Of a DNA stretch of 64,000 nt, positions 13,001 through 25,379 are shown piece by piece (position 1 is the first letter of the stretch; each line of letters opens with the position of its first letter). Below the pieces are notes generated by a model that saw only the letters and a list, made by a program, of their open reading frames with translations, had not been told where the DNA came from and did not search any database. Source of the DNA: Saccostrea cucullata (Eukaryota); the NCBI RefSeq assembly GCF_032062105.1, contig NW_026918705.1, forward strand, positions 62,001 to 126,000, written 5' to 3'. The translations under genes and the position numbers were made by a program.

Positions 13001-14830
13001 TGCCTTGTTTTAACATTTTCAGATTTGGAACCCTGGCTTTTGGCCTCTCTAGGATTTGGAATTATCCTCTTCTTATCAGCAGGAAGTTGGAGTCAGTAAG
13101 TTATTTTTTTCAGATCATCTGAGTTAGAAACTAGGGAGCTTTTTAGCTCACCTGAGACAAAGACTCAAGTGGACTTTTTGGATCAACGAATATTCTCTGC
13201 AATTAACATTTACATTTTTGATCTTTTTTAGAATCATTGGCTAATTTCACTAATCTTGACACAGATCATTCTTTGGTTATCAAATTCAAATGTGTTTAAA
13301 TAAGTGGAAGGGCCTTTCTCTTTTTCAAGGGTAAATAGTTCTTTTAAAAAAATAGCATAAAATTGCTGGTGTCTCACATCAAATTTTCCTAAGTTCCTCT
13401 CAGTAACCACTTATAAAACAAATTGTGAAAAATTTCTGAATGATTGTTGATTTGATTTATTTCAAATCATGATACATCTGTATGATAATATATTTAACTT
13501 TCAGCAATGTGAAGCTGCACTACGGTTTTGGTGTCGGGGTTGGAGTGATGGCGTCCCTCCTCGTGATAGCGTTTGTGATGAGCAGGATGTTTCCTCAGGT
13601 ACTACACATACACATACAAATTCAGACAACATGAAGCTGTGTTTTTATGTGCAATTTATGTCAAAGCAGACCAAGATTTATTTGAATCAAACTATCTTAT
13701 ATCATTTTCTTCTGAAAAGTTTTGAGGAAAATAGAAATGTAAGTGTTCAAATTAAAATTTTCTAGATCTTAAATGTCTTTTTTTCATACAACCATATATA
13801 CTGTGAAATCATAAATTTTCGTGGGGGTTTAATTTTTCATTGTTTTTGAGTATGGAGAGACCCACGAAATCATGTCCACCATGAAATGTAAATGGTTACA
13901 TAACTACTCAACAATTCAGCATCCACAAATTCAAATCCCCACGAACCAAAAGTTTTTACTCAAACCACGAAAATTTGACCCCATGAAAATATGTGATTTT
14001 ACAGTAGACTTCAGTCAGAACCTTGCAGGTTTTTTTTTGTTTTGGTTTATCAAAATTTGTCATACAATGACTACCTCATCACTAGATCAAAAGAAAAGGC
14101 AGGTCCCCTTTAAAGGAATGTTTAAAGATTTATTAAAAGAAGTAGGATTGGTTCATTCAGCAGAAAACTTGTACTGAAGAGTAATTTATTCAGTATAAGT
14201 TTAAAGACATACAGATCAGTAAGAACTGAATTATAGAAAGCATCAAAGCAGGTTCAAATTTGTTGAAGGATTGACTTGAGGCTACAGTAGGGGGCAAAAG
14301 TTTAACATTGATTTGAATATCCTCTTTCTAAAATGCAAGTAGTTTAAAACATGTAGCCAAGATTCAAGGTTATTTCATTCTTGACCCACAGTCAAATTAT
14401 GTTATGGGATGAGATAGGCAAAGCATGTGTTTATTAGGTCACCTGAGTAACTCAGGTGACCTATTGCAATGCTATCCATTTTCGTCCGTCGTCGTGCGTC
14501 GTGTGTCGTGTGTTAACATTTGAACATTTTCAGCTTCTTCTCTGAAACCACTGAACCAATTTCAACCAAATTTGGTATACAGCATCTATGGGTGGAGGGG
14601 AACAAAAATTGTGAATTTCATGGTCCCCGCCCCCCTGGGGCCTGAGGGATGGGGCCAAAACTACCAAAATTATTTCAATCTTTCAAAATCTTCTTTACTC
14701 CAATACATCAAGCAGGCAAACTGTTGGCATGAATGTAATGAGCATTGAGTCCTCTACCAAAATTGTGAAATTCATGGCCCCAGGGTCAGGGGTTCTAGTG
14801 CTAGGGCGGGGCTCTATAGATTATATAGTG

Positions 14831-14864
<34 letters not shown>

Positions 14865-14998
14865 GCTCCTGGGTATTAAATATACTAACTAAGCACATAG
14901 TTATGATGAGCAAAAGTGCCTCTTCCAGATTTGTGAATTTTATGGCCCCAGGGTCAAGGGTTCTGGTGTTAGGGCGGGGCTCTATAGATTATATAGTG

Positions 14999-15032
<34 letters not shown>

Positions 15033-18000
15033 GCTCCTGGGTATTAAATAAATTAACTAAGTGCATAGTTATGATGAGCAAGAGTGCCTCTACCAAAATT
15101 GTGAATTTTATGGCCACAGGGTCAGGGGTTCTGATGTTGGGCTCTCTCTGATTATATAGTGAAAATGCGTATATTCTTTGAAAATCTTCTCTGCTCCTGG
15201 GTATTGAATAAACTAACTAAGCACATAGTTATGATGACCAAGAGTGCCTCTTCCAAAAATTGTGAATTTTATGGCCCCAGGGTTAGGGGTTCTCGTGTTA
15301 GGACGGGGCTATATTGATTATATAGTGAAAATGCATTTATTCTTTGAAAATCTTCTTCTCTGCTTCTGTGTATTAAATAAACTAACTAAGTACATAGTTA
15401 TGATAAGCAAGAGTGCCTCCTACAAAATTGTGAATTTTAAGGCCTCAGGGTCAGGGGTTCTGGTGTTAGGGCGGGGCTCTATTGATTATATAGTGAAAAT
15501 GCATTAATTCTTTGAAAATCTTCTTCTCTGCCTCTGTGTATTAAATAAACTAACTAAGTACATAGTTATGATGAGCAAGAGTGCCTCTTCCAAAATTGTG
15601 AATTTTATGGCCCCAGGGTTAGGGATTCTGGTGTTAGGGCGGGGCTATATTGATTATATAGTAAAAATACATTAATTCTTTTAAAATATTTTCCTTTGCT
15701 TCTGGGTTTTATGCCAATGATCCAAGTATATATATATATTTATGATGAAGAAAGGTGCATCTAGCAAAGTGGTTTTTATATGCCCCCAGGGTCAGAGGGG
15801 GAGGGGGTTACATAGTCTGAAAATAAATTAATGCTTTGAAATCTGCTCTTTGGTATTAATCAACCATTTTATGATAAAATTTGCAAAATTTTGAAAAACA
15901 TGTATGTGGCCCATGGGTCAGTGGTTCCTTTAGGGTAAGGTGCACAACTGGGTATAAAGTGGAAGTGCATTTTCTCTTTGTTACTCTGATCTACCTCTGG
16001 GTATTAAGTAAATTGAGTAAGCATGCTAAGTTAATAATTATGATAAGCAATGGTGCCTCTTTCAAAATTGTAAATTGTGAATTTCATGGCCTCTGGTTTA
16101 AATCACGAACCAAATTTAATTGTTTGAAAGTTGTTACACAATACTCAGGTGACCTATAAGGCCCGTGGGCCTCTTGTTAAAGGAAATATTCATTAAAATA
16201 TAACAAAAATCAGATGAGGACTAAATCAAATTTTGGGATTCAAAATTTTGCATATTCTGAATGTAGATCTTCACAATGTTCACTCCATTGTATGTTGATG
16301 TAAGTAAATTTTTAATTGATATTTATTCTGTTTAAATGCCATATGCGCTATCTATACATCATACATAATAGGCTAATATTAGAAGTGTGAATTTGAAATA
16401 TCTAATTAATTAATGAGGGAATAGTACTATTAACATCAAGGACATGTATTGGAGAGAAAATATGTACTGGGTATATAGAATCCATTAACATAAATGACAA
16501 AGAAACTGATGCAAATATTTTCATGTATAATTATAATAAATATATTAACCTTCAGAAATCTGTATATGTGCTGAAAAATGTGGGCTTCATATTTTAGCAG
16601 CTTTAGTGCAGATAAAAATGCAAAAATAAATTTGTGAATACCATTAATAAATGAATAAATACAATACATAGTGCAGACATGCATCACACTTATTTATTTA
16701 AAATGTTTATGTATTGGGGGAAAATTTATAGGAAAAATGCTTGGTGAAGGAAATCAAAATTTCTTTAATTTATATGTAACCTTACATACATGTATATATA
16801 ACAGGTATAAGTATCATTATCTTTTATATACCTGTACTCTTTTTTTATAATTTCAGAGCCTTAGGAAACTTGGTTATGTACTGATGGCAATAGGATGTTC
16901 TACCTACATGTACTTATGGACGTACATTGTACAACATTTTTACGAGACCTCCTCCAGTTTGTTTGGCATGTATTGGCAATGGATTGTGGGATACGTCCTA
17001 GTCTCAGCCCTCGTCAGTTTCGCCCTCTGTTATCGCTACGGTCCAGTGACTGAGCCTAGGACACTGAATCTGATCAAGTGGTGTTTACAGTTGATTTCGT
17101 TGGTATTCATCTACAATGGTACACAGATCCGAGAGGCATCTGTAGCCATTATTGTGACTTTGATTACTTTGTATAACCTTCCTGCTGGATTATTTGACAA
17201 CAGGTTTACTAGATATATTAGGTAGGTACCTGGTGCTTACTCCTGTGTGACATAGTTTAATCCCCTTGCAATGAAGTTGGAGGGAATATAGTAATGCAGT
17301 GGTGTGGTTGTTTGTTTGTGTGTGTGTGGAGGAGTGAGTTAGTGCTGTGCAAAACAGATGTGAGGTAATTTGCAATGGGATCGATGTCAAATGCTGCCTC
17401 AGTTTATGTTTTTTATCACAGACATTGTTTTTAAATTGTGAAGTTTAAAGTTATACTCACTTGAAAAAAAAAACTAATTTAAAAACATGTACAGGAATTA
17501 CACATGTACGTAGTAGTTACATAATAGTTAATTTGTTTTTGATATTAGCCAACTCTTCATTGTATTACATGTATGTCTTCTTCTCCATAACAATCTTTTT
17601 TTGCATTGGGAGGGGGTTAATGACTAAGTAAAGAAAAATGACTATTGTTTTGGATTGGAAAAATAATATTATAAGTGAAACTTTCAATCATATCAACAAT
17701 TTATTGTAAAAAGAAATAATTGAAATTAGTTGTAAAACTTGGCTTTATAAATTTACAACTTGGACCATGTGGACATTGGGTTTATGCATGTAAATTCATA
17801 TCATTGAAAATAATTTAATGTAAATAACAAGAATATACTTTTGTTTCCCAACCCATATCTCTTTCACTTTTAATCATTTTAAGGTATAATGTAGACACTA
17901 TTTCAACTCTAACCAGGTAAAATTAGTAACCATGCTCAGCAATTTACATCATGTTTCCCTACTTGTGGTTTTAAAGATTTAGATTTTTATGATTAAAATC

Positions 18001-20482
18001 TTAAATTAATTAACTTTTTCTCTAAAAAAAAAACAATGTCTCTCCTTGTTTTATCCATCTTACATTATTTCAAAAAAATTTGTATCCCTTTACTGTTCCA
18101 TTGGTCACCTGTGTGCATTCAAGTGATACATGATTTCCTAAATATACTTCGTTTGGTATGTCTTAAAATTTCATTTTTGCCGCTTTTGAATTTCTTTTTG
18201 CTACTTCTGAAAAAAAATGCAAATGGCACATCACAGCTTGTGCACTGCAAAAAATAAATCATAAAAACTAGCATTTCTCTTGAATACATGGATAGGTATG
18301 TTGCATTGTTATGTTCCTGCATCCATGCATGACACATGAGCTTGAATTTAAGCATTACATATATTTGATTTTGCTTGATTTTTCATTCTTAAAATGACCC
18401 CATGCTATGAATCATAAATTAATCTATTGTCCAGTTATAATTTTAATTTATAATAAACTGATGCATGTTTCAGTTTAATTTTATCTACCAGTGTTTCATG
18501 CATACTGTATTAATTTCATAAAAAAAACTATAGCTATCAGCTTTTGAGATTCTTTGTGAAGTTAAGACTAATTTTCACTACTGTTGATTTTACAGGTACA
18601 GACTTTTCAAACCCAAGATCAAGCTCCTGACTGAACAAGAATACCAGCAACAGGGCTTTGAGGAGACAAAGAAAGCCCTTGAGGAACTCAGGAGTTTCTG
18701 TCAGAGTCCTGATTGTAACAAGTGGAAGACCATCAGCTCACTCAGTAACCCTCGCAGGTAATTATGAGGTCATACTTATTCTGTCCTGAGTGTATCCTGT
18801 CTTCCAGAGTGGAAGACAAGATCAGCTTGCTCAGTAACCCTCGGTATGAATTAAGGTCATGCTCATTCTGCCCTGAGGGTCACTAAAAACCAAATGCTTA
18901 TTACAATTATGAAAACAATTTGATACATGAACTTGATTTCAAGGAGTTTAAAAGAGGATAGCACTTTAGTCATGCCAATCTGCATCCTGTAATCATAAAT
19001 GGAAGACCATTAGCTCACTTGGTAACCCTTGCAGGTCTGTGCACTCAGTTTTTATTAGGGTCATACTCATTTAGTCCCAAATGTAACCAGCGGAAGACCA
19101 ACAGTTTTCTCTGTAACCATTGAAAGTCTGAGTACTCAGTATTCTTATACAGTCCTGAATGTAACAAATGGAAGACCATCAGTTCACTCAGTAACCACTT
19201 AAGGCCCCCGAACTCAGCATTTAGTGCAGCAAAAATCATGTGCTAACCAAAGTCCTGATTGAAGCTTTGTGCACTCTGGCATCGTCAGATACCCACGAGT
19301 AAAGATGAGATCATCCGTGGGTATCTGATGATGGCACTCTGGGCTCTAGGTCATATTCCCAGATCAAATTCACTTGTCACAATAACCTCTCACAGGATCT
19401 TTATTATGCCCCCTTCAAAGAAGGGAGGGCATATTGCTTTGCTGCTGTCCGTCGGTCTGTTGGTCCATTTAGTTTCCGTTCATTTTCTTCACAACCATTG
19501 CACATACTGAAATGAAATTTGGTATACAGGTTTATCAGGTAAATATCTAGATCAAGTTCTGTTTTGGGTACGATCGCCCCAGTTTTGACAGAGTTATGCC
19601 CCTTGGACTTAGAAAAATTCCATTTATTTGCAGTTTCCGTTCATTTTCTTCGCAGGGACCGCACATATTGAAATGAAATTTGGTATACAGATTTATGAGC
19701 TGAATATCTAGGTCAAATTATGTTTTGGGTACGATTGCACCATTTTTGATAGAGTAATGCCCCTTGGACTTAGAAAAATTCCACGTATTTGCAGTTTCCG
19801 TTCATTTTCTTTGCAGAGGTTGCACATATTGAAATGAAATTTAGTATACAGGTATTTCAGATAAATATCTAGGTCAAATTCTGTTTTGAGTACAATCGCT
19901 TCCTTTTTGTTAGAGTTATGCCCCTTGGACTTAGAAAAATTCCACTTATTTGCAGTTTCCGTTCATTTTCTTTGCAGAGGTTGCACATATTGAAATGAAA
20001 TTTAGTATACAGATTTTTCAGCTGAATATCTAGGTCAAGAAATGTTTTGGATTGGATCGCACCATTTTAGACAGAGTTATGCCCTTTTGGACTTAAAAAA
20101 ATTCCAATTTGGGGGGAGGGGGGCATAAGTGTTTTACAATCTTGTTTAAATGTTGATTCTTTTTATTAAACTGTAAGACCAAATGCATTGTTCTAGTAAA
20201 ATGAATAATTATGTTGACAGATTTGCTGATTTTGTGGAGGGTCGATCCTGGCACGTGACAGACGATGAATTGCTGGAATATGACAGCGGACCAGACGTGA
20301 CTCCCGCGACGGACGAAGACAGTGACCAGGAAATACAGAATGCAGAAAACAGCCAACCAGACGCAGAAAACAGCTCACCAGACTCATCTCAGGGACCCAT
20401 CCCCGAGATAGACTCAGAGGAGGAGGATCGAGCGGGAGGCAACACGTCCGACCAGAGCATAGACGGCCCTCCATTGTCCTGA
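10019..20482 (+). CDS. NEMP1: Nuclear envelope integral membrane protein (NEMP/TMEM194 family)
   Basis: Exons 10019-10118, 11185-11333, 12594-12822, 13023-13095, 13505-13598, 16857-17221, 18596-18757, 20221-20482, all phase-consistent. Signal peptide, several TM helices, [62 protein letters not shown], acidic tail. Confidence 0.93.
10449..10800 (-). repeat. Two degenerate tRNA-derived (Thr-AGT-like) repeat heads
   Basis: Reverse strand TAGCTCAGTG..TAGAG..CCTGACTAGTAATGCAGG..GTTCAATTC at ~10449-10520 and a second copy at ~10724-10785; acceptor stems broken. Confidence 0.5.
11617..12274 (+). mobile_element. Helentron-associated (HINE) element, ~150-155-bp internal repeats
   Basis: 5' TTTTATACCCCTGCTCCGAAGGAGAGGGG hairpin, (TGTC)n, three TTCTCAGCAACTACTCA-type units, sub-TIR GAGCAGGGGTAT, 3' GTGAGCATTGGCTCAC palindrome + CTTGTT. 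Confidence 0.8.
13801..14004. mobile_element. TA-flanked MITE (Tc1/mariner-type, CTGT ends)
   Basis: TA|CTGTGAAATCATAAATTTTCGTGGGG ... CCCCATGAAAATATGTGATTTTACAG|TA. Confidence 0.75.
14431..16178 (+). mobile_element. Helentron-associated element carrying a ~167-bp Cg170/HindIII-type oyster satellite array
   Basis: 5' TTAGGTCACCTGAGTAACTCAGGTGACCTA palindrome, (CGT) microsatellite, 6+ monomers AAATTGTGAATTTTATGGCCCCAGGGTCAGGGGTTCT...GAAAATCTTCTTCTCTG at ~167-bp spacing, 3' CTCAGGTGACCTA + AGGCCCGTGGGCCT + CTTGTT. Confidence 0.9.
18800..19205 (+). repeat. Degenerate intronic tandem copies of the NEMP exon-7 3' end
   Basis: TGGAAGACCATCAGCTCACTCAGTAACC (exon, 18723) recurs in diverged form at ~18810, ~19000, ~19090 and ~19169. 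Confidence 0.85.
19280..19333. mobile_element. 54-bp mini DNA transposon, 18-bp TIR, 9-bp TSD
   Basis: GCACTCTGG|CATCGTCAGATACCCACG...CGTGGGTATCTGATGATG|GCACTCTGG. Confidence 0.8.
19400..20146 (+). mobile_element. HINE/pearl-like element, four ~161-bp core repeats
   Basis: 5' ATGCCCCCTTCAAAGAAGGGAGGGCAT hairpin; cores at 19471, 19632, 19793, 19954; 3' GGGGGCATAAGTGTTTTAC...CTTGTT. Confidence 0.88.
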
Positions 20483-22096
20483 TATGGTTCTACTCAGTAA
20501 TTTAGATTTAAGAACAAATTGTTAGAATCAAGTGTGTTGTGAAAGGCAAAAGTTGCAGATTTATCCTGTAAAAATACTCATGCATAATTATGGAGAACAT
20601 GACAAAGTTTATTGTAATATGACTAGAATAATAAGCTATAGTATGAATTGAGTATGTTGAAAGTTGAAACATTGACTGTGTTTGTGAGTTGTAGTTTGGA
20701 CATGTTTGGTCATAACTGCAGATTGTATGGGAAATGAATATTTCCATTAACTTTTGATTGCTTAGTGTGTATAGAAGATTTCGAAATGAAATAAGTTTGT
20801 GTATTTAGAGTGAACATCTTCCTTTGATATGATTGGGAATTGATTATGAAACGTTTGAATATTTTGTATGGGGACTTCAATTTAATGTTATTTTTATTAA
20901 TTTTTTGAATTCACTTACCTGTATATGGTAAGTCAATTTTCTCATGGACAAAAATTTAGATATACATGTATCAGAACAACAATTTTCCTAAATTTGAATG
21001 AGATGGAGATCATGAGAAACTAAACTGCATGCATGCTGTCAGGAATTGAAGTGAAAATAAGAAAGTGCTTACTCATAAGTATTATGTGTTCCAGTTTTGT
21101 TTTTTGCCTAAACAGAGTCATGTCAGAGTGAGCTTTTTCATGATCACTGATTGCCCATTGTAAATATTTAACATAATCTTTTGAGAGAGGCAAAGCCATT
21201 ATATAAAGCATATCATTCTGTTATTTTAAGTAGCCTTTTGCAGTGTAGATTCAGTTTGATCATGAGATTAGGATTGTAAAGAAAAAAAAACATTCTAAAG
21301 AAAAAATAATTATTAAAAGTAAGGGGTGGGTTCAGAATGCAAATACCAAGGTACATAAGAATTTACAAGAAATCTGCAAACTCAGAGAAATCAGGGTAAA
21401 ATGCAAGTTATATATATCTATGTGGAAAGCAGATTCATGAACAATAAAAAAGGTAACAATTTATATAAAGTTAACATTATAAGTTAGATTTGTTGAAATC
21501 ATATTGGCTTCAATTTAAGGGGGAAATAAATTTTGGTTGTATTATTATTTTTTTTTAATTTATTCTCAAAAAGAAGATGTTCAGTCAGGTATGCAGTGTT
21601 GCCCACGGATTCTAGTTTGTCCAAATACCAAATTTAAAGTTTTAATTTGAAGATTTGTAAAGCTTTAAATAAGGTTATTAAATACACTGTAATGCAATTT
21701 TTCCCGGTTCTCTTAGAATTCTAGATTATACTGTACGTACTGTATAAATTGTATCAGTTGATGATCCTTTTTTAATTTTCGTCTATAATGCAATCGGCAT
21801 TTGAACATATAAGTATACATGTATAAATGATATACTAGTAGTTCATCTGTTTGAAAAAAAAAAGAACTGTAGGTATTGCATATTAAAAACCATTGTACAT
21901 ATGTAAATAAAACGATTTTATATCATTAAAAAAATGTCCTTTTTCTTGAGTAACATATAGTTTATAAATAAACATCAGGTATCAATGGTATTCATCAGAT
22001 ATGTTATGCTTTGCCTAACAGATATATCAAGAAACCTCAATGTCCTTTTGTTGATTCATGAAATGTGAGTGTGTGATTTTAACCCTCTCCCCCCAA

Positions 22097-22660
22097 TTTT
22101 TATACCCCCCTTCGAAGAAGGGAGGGCATATTGCTTTGCTGCTGTCTGTCGGTCGGTCTGTTGGTTCACTTAGTTTCCATTCATTTTCTTCACAACCGTT
22201 GCACATACTGAAATGAAATTTGTTTTACAGATATATCAGATGAATATGTAAGTTTTGACAGAGTTATGCCCCTTGGACTTAGAAAAATTCCAATTATTTG
22301 CAGTTTCTGTTCATTTTCTTTGCAGAAGTTGCACATAGTGAAATCATATTTAGTATACAGGTATATCGGATGAATATCTAGGCCAAGTCCTGTTTTGGGT
22401 ACGGTCGCGCTATTTTTGACGGAGTTTTGCCCCTTGGACTTAGAAAAATTACAAATATTTGCAAGTTTCCATTCATTTTCTTTGCAGAGGTTTCACATAC
22501 TGAAATGAAATTTAGTACACAGATTTATCAGATGACTATCTAGGTCAAGTTCTGTTTTGGGTATGGTCGCACCATTTTTGACAGAGTTATGCCCTTTTGG
22601 ACTTTGAAAAATTCAAAATTGGGGGAGGGGGGCATAAGTGTTTTACAAACATCTCTTGTT
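22097..22660 (+). mobile_element. HINE/pearl-like element, ~161-bp core family (three cores)
   Basis: Same termini and core as the copies at 8265 and 19400. Confidence 0.88.
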
Positions 22661-22684
22661 TATTAACCATTATTTTTTCTGCTC

Positions 22685-24524
22685 TTGTTAGCTCTTCTGA
22701 GCCAAAGGCTCAAAGAGCTAATGCTATGGCCATTTGTGCAGTGTGCGTAAACTTTTTAGAATATGGGCCATAACTCAAGAACCCCTTGGCCAATCAGTAC
22801 CAAATTTGTCACAGGGTATCCTTTGCCCAAGGACTACCATTTATACTAAAATAAGGGTTGGGACCCTTAAAAAAGGGGAGATAATCAGGAAAACAAAACC
22901 AAAACTACTGGTTGCTAAAAAATCTTCTTCTCCATAACCACCAGGCAGATTTTCACCAAACTTACATACAAGGAACAGGATATGTCGAAGATTAAAATTT
23001 GCACGGGGAATTACCCTGGGGCAAATGTGCATTCAAGGTCACTTCAAAGTTGACCTAAATTTACAATTAATAAAATCGTGCATATTTTGCTTACTATAAG
23101 GACTAGGATCATCAATTCTTGTAAGTTGATGCATCTTACGACTTAACATCATGTTAACTCAAAAGTAGGTCACGGTGACCTACTTTTTAAATTTTGCGGG
23201 GATTTGTTTTCAAATTGATTTGAAGGCATATTTTGGATTCTTTAAGGCCTATGATCATCAAACTTTGTCAGTTGATGCATCTTGGGTCCACAAACATTGT
23301 CAACTTAAAAGGTCACCGTGACCTACTTTTTGAACTTTATGACTTATCCTTTTAAAAACATTAAATCCCATTATTTCAGACACTGGGAGGTTTAGAATCA
23401 TCAAATCTTGTACTTTGATGCACCTTGGGACCTTAAAACATATTTATGAAAAAAGGTCACTGTGACCTACTTTTTGAATTTTGCCGACATTTGTTTTCAA
23501 ATTGTTTAAAACGCATATTTTGATTACCTTCAGACCTACGATCATTAAACTTGGTCAGTAGATGCATCTTGGGTCTTTGAAAAATGTCAACCAAAATGTA
23601 GGTCACGATGACCTACTTTCGACATTTTATGGCTATATTGAAGTATCTTAGGTATTTATTGGCTTAGAATCATCAAACTTTGTGAGTCCATGCATATTAG
23701 GTTTTCAGAGAGTGACGACCTAAAAGTAGGTCATGGTGACCTACTTTTGACATTTTATGGCTTTATTTAAGTATCTCCGGTACTTATTGCGGCTTAGAAT
23801 CATCAAACTTTGTGAGTTGATGCATCTTGGGTTTTCGGAGAGTGGCAACCAAAAAGTAGGTCACAGTGACCTACTTTTGACATTTTATGGCTATATTTAA
23901 GTATCTCTGGTACTAATTGTCTTAGAATCGTCAAACTTTGTCAGATGATGCATCTTGGGTTTTCATTGAATGTCCAACAAGAAGTAGGTCACCGTGACCT
24001 AATTTTGAGTATCTCAGGTACTTATTGGCTTAAAATCATCAAATTTTGTCAATTTAGGCATTATGGGTTTTCGAATAAAGTCGACCAAAAAGTAGGTCAC
24101 CGTGACCTACTTTTGACATTTGATGGCTATATTTAATTATCTCTGGTACTAATTGGCTTAGAATCGTCAAACTTTGTCAGATGATGCATCTTGGGTTTTC
24201 AAAGAATGTTTACCAAAAAGTAGGTCATGGTGACCTACTTTTGAATATCTCAGGTACTTATTTAATTAGAATCATTAGTCTTTGTCAATTAATGTATCTT
24301 GAGTCCTCAGAAAACTTCAATCAAAAGGTAGGTCACTGTGGTCTCTACTTATGGTATTTTATAATAATATAATATCTTCAGTTTTAACTGGCTAAATATT
24401 ATCAAACTTTGTAAGTTGATGCATTTTGGATCTTATGATTCTAACAGAGTTGGAGGCTTCTAATAGAAGTGATAGATTGTACAATTTATCAGAAGAGCGA
24501 TTCAAGGCCCTTGGGCCTCTTGTT
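22685..24524 (+). mobile_element. Helentron-associated element with ten palindrome-containing tandem monomers (108-146 bp)
   Basis: 5' TTAGCTCTTCTGAGCCAAAGGCTCAAAGAGCTAA hairpin; sub-TIR CAGAAGAGC; 3' AGGCCCTTGGGCCT + CTTGTT; monomers centred on AAAAGTAGGTCACnGTGACCTACTTTT. Confidence 0.88.
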
Positions 24525-25379
24525 ATTATTTGTACATATTTTTTTCAGTTTAAGTCTAAATGCCTATTTGCTTAGTCAGAAGTTGATAATTTCAAATGTG
24601 TACCGTATTATATTATACCGACTGTATCATAGTGAAAGGTTGAGGGAGTTTGTATGGTTTTTTTTTTTTTTTTTTTTGCAATCTTTGAAGAAAAAGTTAT
24701 ATCTGTAGACATTAATTGACACAATATCAAGGTTTTATGATACAATGTTTCGGAACACTTTGCGTCAAGAAATGATGTCACAATACCTTGACATTATGAA
24801 GGTGTGTCTGCAGATTGAGATAAGGGGGGGGGGGGAGGGTTCATACTTGAGATAAAGTAAATTTAATTTATAAAAAAAACTGTTATGGCTCCTCATCAAC
24901 AGTGATCAATGTGATTTGGAGGAGATCACCTGACTGAATTTAAGAAAAATTTATTTTTAATTTTTTTTTTGTAATTTGCAAATTTGCAGTACTTGTGCTA
25001 GAAATAGGTAAAAGAAATATTAAAGATTTGAAAAATACCCATTGAGTGCATGTAACAGTTGAGGGGCATCATCTAAACAAAAAAATATTTAAAGAAACAA
25101 TGCCAGAATGTCCTTATCTGCAGCGAAAATTTAAGAGAACCCCCCCCCCCTCCTTTCCGTGTATTTTGGGTCTGATCTGGTAAATTTATACGAACTAATT
25201 GCAACAGAGCAAAGGGAAACAACATTTTATCAATTAAACTGGAACTGATGCTTTGTTTTTACAATATTTCTTTTTTAAAACCAAAAGAAGTGGTTTGATG
25301 TAACTTGGTAAACGAACGACCTATCTATAATCGAACGCACCACATCGAGTCAATAATGTCAACAAAGAGATGGAAGTAG

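Noticed and set aside
14729-15507. Repetitive ORFs (KIVNFMAPGSGVLVLGRG...), and similar ORFs at 23945-24372 and 51858-52569
   Set aside because: Translations of satellite monomers; frames break between monomers.
19321-19360. Hammerhead ribozyme core CTGATGA (also at 36930)
   Set aside because: No correctly placed stem II plus GAAA; here the motif is part of a transposon TIR.
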